Origin: Pseudothermotoga sp.
Lineage (GTDB): Bacteria > Thermotogota > Thermotogae > Thermotogales > DSM-5069
Assembly: GCA_031962025.1 (NCBI GenBank)
Contig: JAVRKW010000001.1
Reading direction: 5' to 3' (one strand)
Length of the DNA: 64,000 nucleotides
Positions 48,890-58,115 of this stretch are shown in pieces (within the stretch, counting starts at the first letter, position 1; every line of letters begins with the position of its first letter). The notes under the pieces were generated by a model, which was given only the letters and a program-made list of their open reading frames with translations, was not told the origin of the DNA and searched no databases. The position numbers and the translations under genes are program-made.

Positions 48890-49491
48890 TTCTTTTCACC
48901 CGCCTTGAGAAATATAGATCTTACTACCCACATGAGTATCGCGACTATGAAAAAGGCGCTGGGTGCCATGACCATGATAGTCCACGGTGTAAAACCCTCT
49001 GGCATGACACGAATGTTGAAAATTGTTCCAAAACCGAGCAGTTCACGAATAAACGCTATGATCATCAAAACTAATGCATAACCGGCACCGGCTGTGAGAC
49101 CATCCCAGAGAGAAATCAGAGGGCTATTTGCCTGAGCAAATGCTTCAGCACGCCCCATGATTATGCAATTGGTGATAATCAATCCCACGTATGGTCCGAG
49201 TGCCTTGCTCACCTCAGGCAAATATGCACGCAATATGATGTCAACAATTATCACGAAAAATGCAATTATGAGAGTTTCGACCATCATTCTCACTTTACGG
49301 GGTATGTATTCTTTGATCAAAGAAACTGTAAGACTGGACAATCCTGTTACCAGAGTGACACCAGTTGCCATTATCAGGGTGTTTCTCAGATTATTTGTAA
49401 CCGCAAGAGTTGAGCAGATACCAAGTACCTGGATCAGGATCTGGTTTTCCCTGAACAAATTATTTTTAGAGATCTTTGCAAACTGACTCAT
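48886..49491 (-). CDS. nqrD: NqrD/RnfE family membrane subunit
   Basis: QVLGICSTLAVT, VGLIITNCIIMGRAEAFA, IRELLG. Confidence 0.87.
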   Translation of the reverse strand: MSQFAKISKNNLFRENQILIQVLGICSTLAVTNNLRNTLIMATGVTLVTGLSSLTVSLIKEYIPRKVRMMVETLIIAFFVIIVDIILRAYLPEVSKALGPYVGLIITNCIIMGRAEAFAQANSPLISLWDGLTAGAGYALVLMIIAFIRELLGFGTIFNIRVMPEGFTPWTIMVMAPSAFFIVAILMWVVRSIFLKAGEKK

Positions 49492-50096
49492 CTTTGCACC
49501 CCCAAAATGTTACGCAGTATTGTCAAATGACTGTTAATTATTCTTTCTATGGATTTGGAAGTCTGTGTTGCACCGGTGATGGCATCCACCTTGCCATTTT
49601 CATGGTCAAAATCACCGTTACCACCTGTCTCTACAGTTATCATGCCATTGCGCAATTTTTCAGAACGAAACTGATTCTTGAACCATTCTTCTTCTATGCG
49701 ACCACCAAGACCAGGTGTTTCCGCTTGTGAGATGAACTCTATTCCAATGATTTTTTCGACATTTTCATCGACCGCCAGAAAACCCGATATGCTGCTCCAA
49801 AGGCCACTACCGGTGAAGATTATTCCATAAGCAGTTTGTGTGCCAGAAACTGTGTAATACAGATCAACATCATTTACTTTTCTGATTTTCACGAGTTTTT
49901 CAAACATCGACATAGCTTGCTGATCGTTGCTGTATTCAATGCCGAAAGCCTTCAAAATCGCTTTTATTTTGAACAAATTTTCGTTATCTTTAACTTTTTG
50001 AATTGTCGACGCATTGAGCAGAGCCAGTAAAAATACAAATGTGAAAGTTATGATGAAACTGAAAAATATCGTGTAAAATCTGGTTTCCCTGTTCAT
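49488..50096 (-). CDS. nqrC: NqrC/RnfG family FMN-binding subunit
   Basis: N-terminal TM, GLWS, ETPGLGG, VDAITGAT flavinylation motif. Confidence 0.85.
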   Translation of the reverse strand: MNRETRFYTIFFSFIITFTFVFLLALLNASTIQKVKDNENLFKIKAILKAFGIEYSNDQQAMSMFEKLVKIRKVNDVDLYYTVSGTQTAYGIIFTGSGLWSSISGFLAVDENVEKIIGIEFISQAETPGLGGRIEEEWFKNQFRSEKLRNGMITVETGGNGDFDHENGKVDAITGATQTSKSIERIINSHLTILRNILGVQR

Positions 50097-50968
50097 TGTT
50101 TCACCTTCTTTGAAAACAACTCATCAAGAAGTGAAGCGAATGTATTGCCAACAAGAACACCAAAACTCGTGCCTTCTGAAAACAGGGAAAAATTCCTTAT
50201 CAATACTGTACACACTCCGATGATTACTCCATAAATCCACTGAGAAGTGCTCTTTTTTGGTGCACTAACCGGATCTGTAGCCATGAAAACTGTCACAAAA
50301 AGAAAGCTCCCGGACAAAAGCATCTGTAAGGGCGAAGGACCTGAGCCTATCAAATTCAGGAAAAACGTCAGAATGGTCGCAGAAAGAAAAGTGGAGATGA
50401 TTATTCGAAAATTAGCTGTTTTGGTGACCATCAGGTAAATCGCCGCTGCTATTATCAAAAATATACAGCTTTCCCCAATTGAGCCTGCCCTGACTCCAAA
50501 AAAAAGATCTTTCAAATTGACATTCTGTCCGCTTTTGAGAAGATCAAGAGGAGTTGCAGATGTCACTATATCAGTTCTTGGCACTAACCATCGACTTGTC
50601 ATGGCTACGGGAAAAGAAATATAGATGAAAAGCCTTCCAACAATCGCTGGATTGAAGATGTTCCTTCCAAAACCTCCGTATACTTCTTTTGCAAAAAAGA
50701 CCCCAAAAAACGAACCCACAACAGCAATCCACCATGGAGTCAATGGAGGTAACGACAGTAATAAAAGTGAACAGGTCACCAGAACAGCTTCGCTTACAGG
50801 TTTCTTTTTCTGCTTTTCCATTACATATTCCGTAACAATACCGGTGGCAAACACGAAAATTCCAAGCCACAAAACTCTCAATCCATAAAGATAAAAAGAA
50901 AAAATATAGATGGGTATGAGTGAATACAAGACTTTTCTCATAAGAGGTTGTTTTTGAAAAAAGGTCAA
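50093..50968 (-). CDS. nqrB: NqrB/RnfD family subunit (short, 291 aa)
   Basis: KEVYGGFGRNIFNPA, DIVTSATPL flavinylation motif, GSIGE, FMATDPVSAP. Confidence 0.83.
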   Translation of the reverse strand: MTFFQKQPLMRKVLYSLIPIYIFSFYLYGLRVLWLGIFVFATGIVTEYVMEKQKKKPVSEAVLVTCSLLLLSLPPLTPWWIAVVGSFFGVFFAKEVYGGFGRNIFNPAIVGRLFIYISFPVAMTSRWLVPRTDIVTSATPLDLLKSGQNVNLKDLFFGVRAGSIGESCIFLIIAAAIYLMVTKTANFRIIISTFLSATILTFFLNLIGSGPSPLQMLLSGSFLFVTVFMATDPVSAPKKSTSQWIYGVIIGVCTVLIRNFSLFSEGTSFGVLVGNTFASLLDELFSKKVKQ

Positions 50969-51012
50969 GTTTTATCTCCCCCCAGCTCTGGTTTTTCACT
51001 TAAAATTATAAA

Positions 51013-51046
51013 TAAAAACTGAGAGGTTTGCACCTCTCAGTTTTTA
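51013..51046 (-). terminator. Intrinsic terminator after the 5'-nucleotidase gene
   Basis: Perfect inverted repeat TAAAAACTGAGAGGT-TTGC-ACCTCTCAGTTTTTA. Confidence 0.88.
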
Positions 51047-51057
51047 AAAATATTCCA

Positions 51058-52608
51058 TCACTGTCTGATATATCTTGGTTGAGAATCGTAGTCCTGCACA
51101 ACACCTTTGAGGACTTGTTGGATATACTGTGCCAGAACACTGTCCATTGTAAATCCTGTGTCGTATCCAGGCAGTTCCTTCAGCATAGTATAGCCATCTC
51201 CACCCTGCGCCATGTAATTATTCGTGACAACTGTATACACTCTGTTGGGATCCAATGGTTCTCCGTTGATCTTTGCTTCGACTACTTTATCCTGTTCACT
51301 CTTCCATGTCAATCCACCTGTTTGCAGGAAAGCACCCTGTCCTTCCTTGATCGTGGCAGCATATTGAAGTACTTCCAAAAGCTGAGCTCCGGTCATTTTA
51401 ATCACATACAGGGTATTCCCAAAAGGTAAAACTGTGAGAACATCTCTGATTGTTATTTTGCCGGGTTTTATCGAGGCTCTAATTCCACCACCATTGGTCA
51501 ATGCCAGATCTGCATTTACTTTCCAGATCATGGAATCACATATCATGTTTGCAAGATTCGTGCTTTTTGATCTGACGTTTGCTCTTTCTCCGTCAAGCAT
51601 TATTTTGGTTTCACCAATAACCGTATCGAGCTTTTCGCTTCCAAGGGACTTGAAATAGCTTAGAACTGTTTTTACATAGAAATTCTCTTCGTATGGTTTG
51701 TCGACAAATTCATAGATATCCTTACCTTCAGCATCCTTACCTTTGTAGACTTTCAGATTAACTGGGATTGGTTTCCAGCTCCAGGCAACTATTTTTCCAT
51801 TTTCAATATCAAGGTCCAATCTTCCGACGTATTTCCCCCATTCGAAAGCCTGTGCGATAATCGTGTTGTTTACAAATTGAGCCTTTTCGAATTTCGTATG
51901 ACTGTGCCCATCGATTATCACATCGATACCATCTACAAGTTGAGCCAGCTGTTTACTTGTAGTCTTACCTTCCCCTTCAGGTTCCCATCCCAAATGAGAC
52001 AGGGCGACAATCACATCTGCTTTTGCTCTCATTTCCGGTAGTAAGGCTTTACTTACCTGAACGGCATTTGCAAATGTTGCACCATTGAGATAAATTGGCT
52101 CAAGGATAGCGGTTTCCTCGGTTGTAAGACCGAATATTGCTACTTTTAAATCCCCGAAATCTTTGATTATATAGGGTTTGACTTTGATGATTCCTTCCGG
52201 ATCGGTGAAATTGGCAGATACGAATGGAAAGTTAGCAAGTGCTATTTGTTTTGCAAGAACATTTTTGGGTTTGTCAAATTCATGGTTTCCAAAGGTCGCA
52301 GCATCGAGTTTCATGAGATTGAGGGCGACTATGTCAGGTGCTGCATCCAGTTGATCTGATTCAGGTACACCGGTGTTTATATCTCCGGCATGCAAGAAGA
52401 GCACATGTCCGCCCTGTGATTCTACTTCTTTTCTAACTTCTTCCACAATTGTTGCTATTGCCGCAAAACCACCGATGTTGGGGTTGTTCGTTTCGCTGAA
52501 ACTCCAGGCATGACCATGAGTGTCGTTGATGTGCAGGATGGTCAATTTGGTTGCAAAACTCAAAATTGCCACCAAGACCAGCAAAACCGTTAAAATCTTT
52601 TTCACCAA
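51058..52608 (-). CDS. Exported 5'-nucleotidase / UDP-sugar hydrolase family protein
   Basis: Signal peptide, HINDTHG, AGD, GNHEFD, GHSH, NGGGIR, LPFGN, GGDGY. Confidence 0.93.
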   Translation of the reverse strand: MVKKILTVLLVLVAILSFATKLTILHINDTHGHAWSFSETNNPNIGGFAAIATIVEEVRKEVESQGGHVLFLHAGDINTGVPESDQLDAAPDIVALNLMKLDAATFGNHEFDKPKNVLAKQIALANFPFVSANFTDPEGIIKVKPYIIKDFGDLKVAIFGLTTEETAILEPIYLNGATFANAVQVSKALLPEMRAKADVIVALSHLGWEPEGEGKTTSKQLAQLVDGIDVIIDGHSHTKFEKAQFVNNTIIAQAFEWGKYVGRLDLDIENGKIVAWSWKPIPVNLKVYKGKDAEGKDIYEFVDKPYEENFYVKTVLSYFKSLGSEKLDTVIGETKIMLDGERANVRSKSTNLANMICDSMIWKVNADLALTNGGGIRASIKPGKITIRDVLTVLPFGNTLYVIKMTGAQLLEVLQYAATIKEGQGAFLQTGGLTWKSEQDKVVEAKINGEPLDPNRVYTVVTNNYMAQGGDGYTMLKELPGYDTGFTMDSVLAQYIQQVLKGVVQDYDSQPRYIRQ

Positions 52609-52655
52609 GACCAGCCTCCTTTCGACAACAAAATTTTACTACACCCAAGGTTATT

Positions 52656-52793
52656 TTACGTCTTAGGACCTCTGGTTTTTGTGAAAACTTTTAAAAGGAG
52701 CTTCACAAAGGCAAAAAAAGCAAATAAAAGCCCCACCAGAAAAAGATATCCAGCGATCCCCAGCTTGAGAGCAGTTAGAAAGTTTTGCATCAT
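52656..52793 (-). CDS. Small membrane protein, OadG/gamma-subunit-like (45 aa, not in the ORF track)
   Basis: Hand translation MMQNFLTALKLGIAGYLFLVGLLFAFFAFVKLLLKVFTKTRGPKT; ATGA overlap with the beta-subunit stop; GGAGGT RBS. Confidence 0.7.
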   Translation of the reverse strand: MMQNFLTALKLGIAGYLFLVGLLFAFFAFVKLLLKVFTKTRGPKT

Positions 52794-53926
52794 AATTTAC
52801 TACCTCCCACAAGAGCCATTAAAATTCCACCTGCCAGAACTGAGCCGATCTGCCCAGCCGTATTTGCACCAGCGGCATACATCAATAAAAAGTTCATCGG
52901 ATCCTCTTTCAATCCCATCTTGTGTATAACTCGTGCTGACATCGGGAATGCCGAGATTCCTGCTGCTCCAAGCATTGGATTGATTTTTTTCCTTAAAAAG
53001 AGATTTAGAAATTTCGCAAATAGTACACCGGCAGCGGTATCAAAAATAAAGGCAACTAATCCCAAGGCAAGTATCAAAAGAGTCTGTGGTTTTAGAAACT
53101 TATCAGCTGTCATCGTGGAAGCAATTGTAAGACCAAGTAAAATTGTGACAAGATTGGCAAGTTCATTCTGTGCAGATTTTGAAAGACTATCCAGTACACC
53201 GCACTCTCTTAAAAGATTTCCAAACATCAAAAATCCTATCAACGCAGCGGATGTAGGTGCCAGAATACTTGCAACAACAGTTATAGATATTGGAAAGATT
53301 ATTTTCACTATCTTTGGTATCTTTTGTGCTCTGGGCTGCATTCTGATAGCCCTTTCTTCCTTAGTAGTCAGAGCCATTATCACTGGAGGCTGAATGATTG
53401 GAACCAGTGACATGTAAGAATAGGCAGCGACTGAAATTGGACCCAGCATGTGTCTTGCAAAGCGAGAAGCCACATAGATGGAAGTTGGTCCATCCGCAGC
53501 ACCGATGATTCCAATGGACGCTGCTTCCTTCAGATCAAATCCCAACAATGTTGCAACTATCATTGTTCCGAATATACCAAATTGTGCTGCTGCTCCGAAG
53601 AGAAACATCACGGGATTCTCCAGCAGTGGAGTAAAATCGATCATAGCCCCAACGGCAATGAATATGAGCAGTGGGAAAATCTCAGTTGCAATACCTATGT
53701 CAAAGAAAATACTCAGAACTCCCCTGTGCATTACTCCTTCAAGCAACTGGTCAATAGCCGATGATAGTGGAATATTTACTAAAATTGTACCAAAGCCTAT
53801 TGGCAGCAGCAAAGCAGGTTCGTATTTCTTTGCAATGGCTAAATAAATGAGCAGCAGCCCGACAATTATCATGACTACGTTTCCGATGGTCAATGAGAAA
53901 ATTCCCGAGAATAGTTCTTGAAACAT
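52790..53926 (-). CDS. Na+-translocating decarboxylase beta subunit (OadB/GcdB/MmdB family)
   Basis: EPALLLPIGFG, GAAAQFG, IIGAADGPTS, AAYSYMSLVP, SAFPMSAR; ATG at 53926 after AAGGTG. Confidence 0.93.
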   Translation of the reverse strand: MFQELFSGIFSLTIGNVVMIIVGLLLIYLAIAKKYEPALLLPIGFGTILVNIPLSSAIDQLLEGVMHRGVLSIFFDIGIATEIFPLLIFIAVGAMIDFTPLLENPVMFLFGAAAQFGIFGTMIVATLLGFDLKEAASIGIIGAADGPTSIYVASRFARHMLGPISVAAYSYMSLVPIIQPPVIMALTTKEERAIRMQPRAQKIPKIVKIIFPISITVVASILAPTSAALIGFLMFGNLLRECGVLDSLSKSAQNELANLVTILLGLTIASTMTADKFLKPQTLLILALGLVAFIFDTAAGVLFAKFLNLFLRKKINPMLGAAGISAFPMSARVIHKMGLKEDPMNFLLMYAAGANTAGQIGSVLAGGILMALVGGSKL

Positions 53927-54114
53927 ATTCTTCACCTTCTTCTTTCCATTCTCTAAAAAGAAAATCTGCCGAATATCTTCCAAGTCATATTCTAACACCT
54001 ATAGGGGAATATTCTGTTTTTTCGATGTCAAATGTAATTGTGTATTTGGTTATATTTTATGCGACATAGCTGATGTATAATATGTACGAATAACTTAATT
54101 AAGGAGGTTTTATC

Positions 54115-55317
54115 ATGCAATCTGTACAGATTAGACCTGGTATTTACTGGGTTGGGGTCAACGACAGATTCACCCAGCTTTTCGAGGGGCTCTGGCCAAT
54201 AGGTGAAGAAGGTGTTTCATACAACGCGTACTTAATTGTTGATGAAAAGAACGTTTTGATTGATCTTGCAAAATCGATTAAAACCGATGAATTTTTTGAA
54301 CAGATAGAGCAAATTCTGCCAGTATCGAAGATAGATTATGTGGTGATAAACCATATGGAACCAGACCACACTGGAATTCTAACCGTCTTGAAAAAAATTG
54401 CGCCACATGCAACTATTTTAATAAGTGAGAAAGGACTGAAGATGCTCAAAGCTTTTTACCACATTGATGAAAGTGTCAGGACTGTGAAGGATCTGGAAGA
54501 GCTGAAGATTGGTGAAAAGACTTTGAGGTTTTATTACACGCCGTTCGTCCACTGGCCTGAAACAATGATGACTTATGAAACCACTCAGAAAGTGCTGTTT
54601 TCCTGTGATGGTTTTGGAGGGTATGGCGCACTGAGAGGAGCTTTGTTTGACGATGAATGTAAAGACAAAGATTTCTACATAAAAGAAATGCTAAGGTATT
54701 ATGCGAATATCGTTGCTACTTTCAGTACACCTGTTCTGAAAGCCATAGAAAAGCTATCAAGCCTTCCCATCGAAGTTATTGCGCCTTCTCATGGTTTGAT
54801 CTGGCGCAAAGACCCATTGATGGTTGTGGAACTGTACAAAAAATGGGCACAGTATGCGTCTTCTACGGCTGAAAAATCTGTGACATTGCTCTACGGTTCT
54901 ATGTACGGTAATACAGAAAGGATTATGAGCTCTTTACTCAATGGTCTTTCTAAAGCACAAATCAAAGTTGATGTCTTCAATATCACTCAAACACATATAA
55001 GTTATATACTTGCATCACTGTGGAAAAACAGGGGTGTATTAATTGGCGCACCGACATACGAGGGCTCTCTGTTTCCTCCGATGGTGGATGTACTTCACAT
55101 GGCAAATGTCAAACGTATACAATTCAAAACAGCGGCAATCTTTGGGAGTTATGGGTGGAGCGGAGGAGCTTCGAAGAAAATCAGGGAAATGGTGGAACCT
55201 CTTAAATGGCAGATCGTGGATGTCCTTGATATCAACGGTGGACCTACGAGTGAAGATCTACAAAAGGCAGAAAAATTCGCCTATGATTTTGCAAAAAAGA
55301 TATTAGAACAACCATGA
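54115..55317 (+). CDS. fprA: Flavodiiron protein (FprA-type O2/NO reductase)
   Basis: SYNAYL, NHMEPDH, HWPE, SCDGFG, PSHG, SMYGNT flavodoxin domain, GSYGW. Confidence 0.92.
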   Translation: MQSVQIRPGIYWVGVNDRFTQLFEGLWPIGEEGVSYNAYLIVDEKNVLIDLAKSIKTDEFFEQIEQILPVSKIDYVVINHMEPDHTGILTVLKKIAPHATILISEKGLKMLKAFYHIDESVRTVKDLEELKIGEKTLRFYYTPFVHWPETMMTYETTQKVLFSCDGFGGYGALRGALFDDECKDKDFYIKEMLRYYANIVATFSTPVLKAIEKLSSLPIEVIAPSHGLIWRKDPLMVVELYKKWAQYASSTAEKSVTLLYGSMYGNTERIMSSLLNGLSKAQIKVDVFNITQTHISYILASLWKNRGVLIGAPTYEGSLFPPMVDVLHMANVKRIQFKTAAIFGSYGWSGGASKKIREMVEPLKWQIVDVLDINGGPTSEDLQKAEKFAYDFAKKILEQP

Positions 55318-56225
55318 AGGATCTTGAAGAGATCAAACAAAAATTGCTCTCAAACGGTTTTGAGATTGATTCTGAGAAAATCATACACTATGGCATACAG
55401 TATCGTATAAAAGGTTGTGGATATCTGAGAATTTACTGGAGAAAAGACGGTCAAACAACAGTTGATCTGTCACAAATTAAATCTTTCTGTTTGCAGAAGC
55501 TGAGCGACATATTGAATGAATCACTTGCAGAAAACGATCTTGAAATTCAAAAAAGAATCCTTAGAAATCTTCCAGCCGATCCAAAGCTGATCCTGCCAGC
55601 CATTGGTTCAGATGAAGCTGGAAAAGGAGATACCTTTGGACCTCTTGTTGTGGCTGCGGTATACGTTGGTAAAAATGAATACGCTGAATTGAATAAATAT
55701 CAATTAAAAGACAGTAAATCACTGAGCGACAAAAAAGTCCTGTATCTGGCTGATCAGATAAAGTCTCTGTGTACGTACTCGGTAGCAACTGTCGAACCAG
55801 AGGATTTTGCTCATATTCAAAATATGAACGCACTTTTGGAAGAACTTCATGCACGCTGTATAATGGATGTTATAAACAAAAAGCCGTCTCTTATCGCAGT
55901 GTACGATGATTTTGGGGCAAAAAATCTGAAAGAAAGGTTGAAGGATTTTTACAACCTGACAGTTCTTGGATTTGTGAAAGCGGAAAGAAATCCAGCTGTT
56001 GCAGCTGCTTCAATTGTTGCAAGAGCAGAGTTTTTGTCCTGGATCAACAGAGTTTCAGACCGATACGGTGTGAAAATACCACTTGGATCTGGAGAAAAAG
56101 CAACTGAATTTGCCAGGGATTTTTTGAAAAGATATGGTTTGGAAGAATTTAGAAAACTGGCAAAGGTAAATTTCTCAAATGTGCGAAAGTTGATCATCTC
56201 TAAGCCAACTACCCACGGCTTATAG
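55314..56225 (+). CDS. rnhC: Ribonuclease HIII
   Basis: IGSDEAGKGDTFGPL, KDSK, YDDF, KAE...VAAASIVAR, AKVNF; N-terminal extension. Confidence 0.88.
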   Translation: MKDLEEIKQKLLSNGFEIDSEKIIHYGIQYRIKGCGYLRIYWRKDGQTTVDLSQIKSFCLQKLSDILNESLAENDLEIQKRILRNLPADPKLILPAIGSDEAGKGDTFGPLVVAAVYVGKNEYAELNKYQLKDSKSLSDKKVLYLADQIKSLCTYSVATVEPEDFAHIQNMNALLEELHARCIMDVINKKPSLIAVYDDFGAKNLKERLKDFYNLTVLGFVKAERNPAVAAASIVARAEFLSWINRVSDRYGVKIPLGSGEKATEFARDFLKRYGLEEFRKLAKVNFSNVRKLIISKPTTHGL

Positions 56226-56335
56226 AAGCTTGATTTGAAAAAGCCATAGGTTTGATGGGTATAGTTATGAATTAAAAACAGGCAAAAACTTCCAGCACAT
56301 TTTCTACTTTTAGAGTTTGGAAAATCTATGTGCCA

Positions 56336-56974
56336 TTAATGGTGTGAAGTTTCAGATGTTTTTTTGAAGAAATCACAATCTTTTGTAAAATGGCATTTAC
56401 TGCACAGTGGTGTACGTGGTAAACAGATCCTTCTTCCAAATTCAACCATTGCGCCATTCAACGGTCCCCACAGTTCACTTGGAACCAATTTGGTCAGCTC
56501 CATCTCAGTTTCTTGAGGATCTTTTGTACTGACAAAACCAATTCTATTGGATATCCTGTGCACATGTGTATCGACTGCCAGAGCAGGTTTGCCAAAACCG
56601 TGGTATAAAACTATATTTGCCGTTTTGCGACCTACTCCGGGAAGTTTCAAAAGTTCTTCCAGATTTGATGGAACCTTTCCTTGATATTGCTCTGCGATTA
56701 TTTTTGATACGGCTATTATTCTTTCAGCCTTCTGTTTGTACATACCACAAGCTTTAATCAACTCATAAAGCTGAGCTGGTGTAGCTTTTGCGAGAGTCCA
56801 TGGATCACTGTATCTTGAAAAAAGTTTTCGGCATGCGATTTCGGTGTTTTCATCCCGCGTTCTCTGACTGAGGATTGTACATATCAATATTTTGAAGGGA
56901 TCGTCTGTAAGCTTCTTTCGGGGAAATAGTTCAACTATTTTTTTTGTTAACTGTATTACTGTCGTTTGATCCGT
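56336..56974 (-). CDS. nth: Endonuclease III (start uncertain; possible ACG)
   Basis: DPFKILICTILSQRT, LPGVGRKTAN HhH, VDTHVHR, CX6CX2CX5C Fe-S motif. Confidence 0.93.
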   Translation of the reverse strand, partial: TDQTTVIQLTKKIVELFPRKKLTDDPFKILICTILSQRTRDENTEIACRKLFSRYSDPWTLAKATPAQLYELIKACGMYKQKAERIIAVSKIIAEQYQGKVPSNLEELLKLPGVGRKTANIVLYHGFGKPALAVDTHVHRISNRIGFVSTKDPQETEMELTKLVPSELWGPLNGAMVEFGRRICLPRTPLCSKCHFTKDCDFFKKTSETSHH

Positions 56975-57023
56975 TTTGCATACCTCCTTTTATTATTGTA
57001 CAATGATAAAGGAGGTGCAGAAG

Positions 57024-58100
57024 TTGAATAGACTAAATCAATTTTTTGACAGAATTGAACAGATTGGTGTGGATGTAGCCTTGATCTATAATGTGGAATA
57101 TTCTTCCAGACCTTCCACTTATTATTTGTCTGGTTTTACTGGATCATTCAGTGTCCTTGTACTGAACAGAGACAAACAGTTCATCATCACCGATTCGAGA
57201 TATTTTGAGCAGGCTAAACAGCAAACAAAATTTCAATTGATTGAGTACAGAAATGGAGATCTGTTTGACAGCATAAAAGCTGTTTTAGAAGAACTCAAAC
57301 CCAAAACGATAGGCTTGGAATTTCAAAGAATCAGCCACAACGTCTTTCTCAAGATCAGTGAAAAGGTCAAGTCAAAATTCATACCTCTGGATTCGGTGAT
57401 AGAATCGATAAGGTCAATCAAAGAACCGCAAGAGGTTGAATACATCAGAAAGGCTATATCGATAAGTGAGAAAGCCTTTCTAAAAACGATAGAGTCAGTA
57501 AAAGAGGGCTTAACTGAAAGAGAAATAGCGGCTGAGTTCGAGTACACGATGAAAAAATTCGGTGCCGATGGGATTGCCTTTGAGACAATAGTGATCAGCG
57601 GACCAAGAACATCCTTACCGCACGGTAGACCATCAGACAGGAAAATATCTTATGGAGAGCCGATCACTTTTGATTTCGGTGCCGTCGTGAATGGTTACTG
57701 CGCAGATATAACACGTACGATTTTCTTTGGCAAACCCGATGACGAGTTCAAAAAGATCTATCAGATCGTTTATGAAGCACAGACTCTGGCTTTGAACGGT
57801 GCAAGTGCAAACATGAAAGGTAAATCTGTCGATTTTCTTGCAAGGAATCACATCATTCAGAAAGGTTATGGTCAGTATTTTGGTCACGGTTTGGGACATG
57901 GGATAGGTCTTGAGGTTCACGAATCACCGAGAGTGAACTCAACCAGTGAGGAACCTTTGCCAGAATCTGCCGTGGTCACAATAGAACCCGGGATTTACAT
58001 AGAAGGCAGATACGGGGTTAGAATAGAAGAAGATGTCTTGGTAAGAAAAGACTCTCTTGAAAGACTCACGAGTTTGTCCAGAGAGTTGATTATTATTTGA
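57024..58100 (+). CDS. Xaa-Pro aminopeptidase (M24B)
   Basis: YLSGFTGS, TDSRY, DFG...DITRT, HGLGHGIGLEVHE, TIEPGIY, GVRIEED; TTG after AAGGAGGT. Confidence 0.93.
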   Translation: MNRLNQFFDRIEQIGVDVALIYNVEYSSRPSTYYLSGFTGSFSVLVLNRDKQFIITDSRYFEQAKQQTKFQLIEYRNGDLFDSIKAVLEELKPKTIGLEFQRISHNVFLKISEKVKSKFIPLDSVIESIRSIKEPQEVEYIRKAISISEKAFLKTIESVKEGLTEREIAAEFEYTMKKFGADGIAFETIVISGPRTSLPHGRPSDRKISYGEPITFDFGAVVNGYCADITRTIFFGKPDDEFKKIYQIVYEAQTLALNGASANMKGKSVDFLARNHIIQKGYGQYFGHGLGHGIGLEVHESPRVNSTSEEPLPESAVVTIEPGIYIEGRYGVRIEEDVLVRKDSLERLTSLSRELIII

Positions 58101-58115
58101 TTCGGAGGTGAAACT

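Noticed and set aside
52785..53393. 202-aa plus-strand ORF
   Set aside because: Antisense shadow of the decarboxylase beta gene
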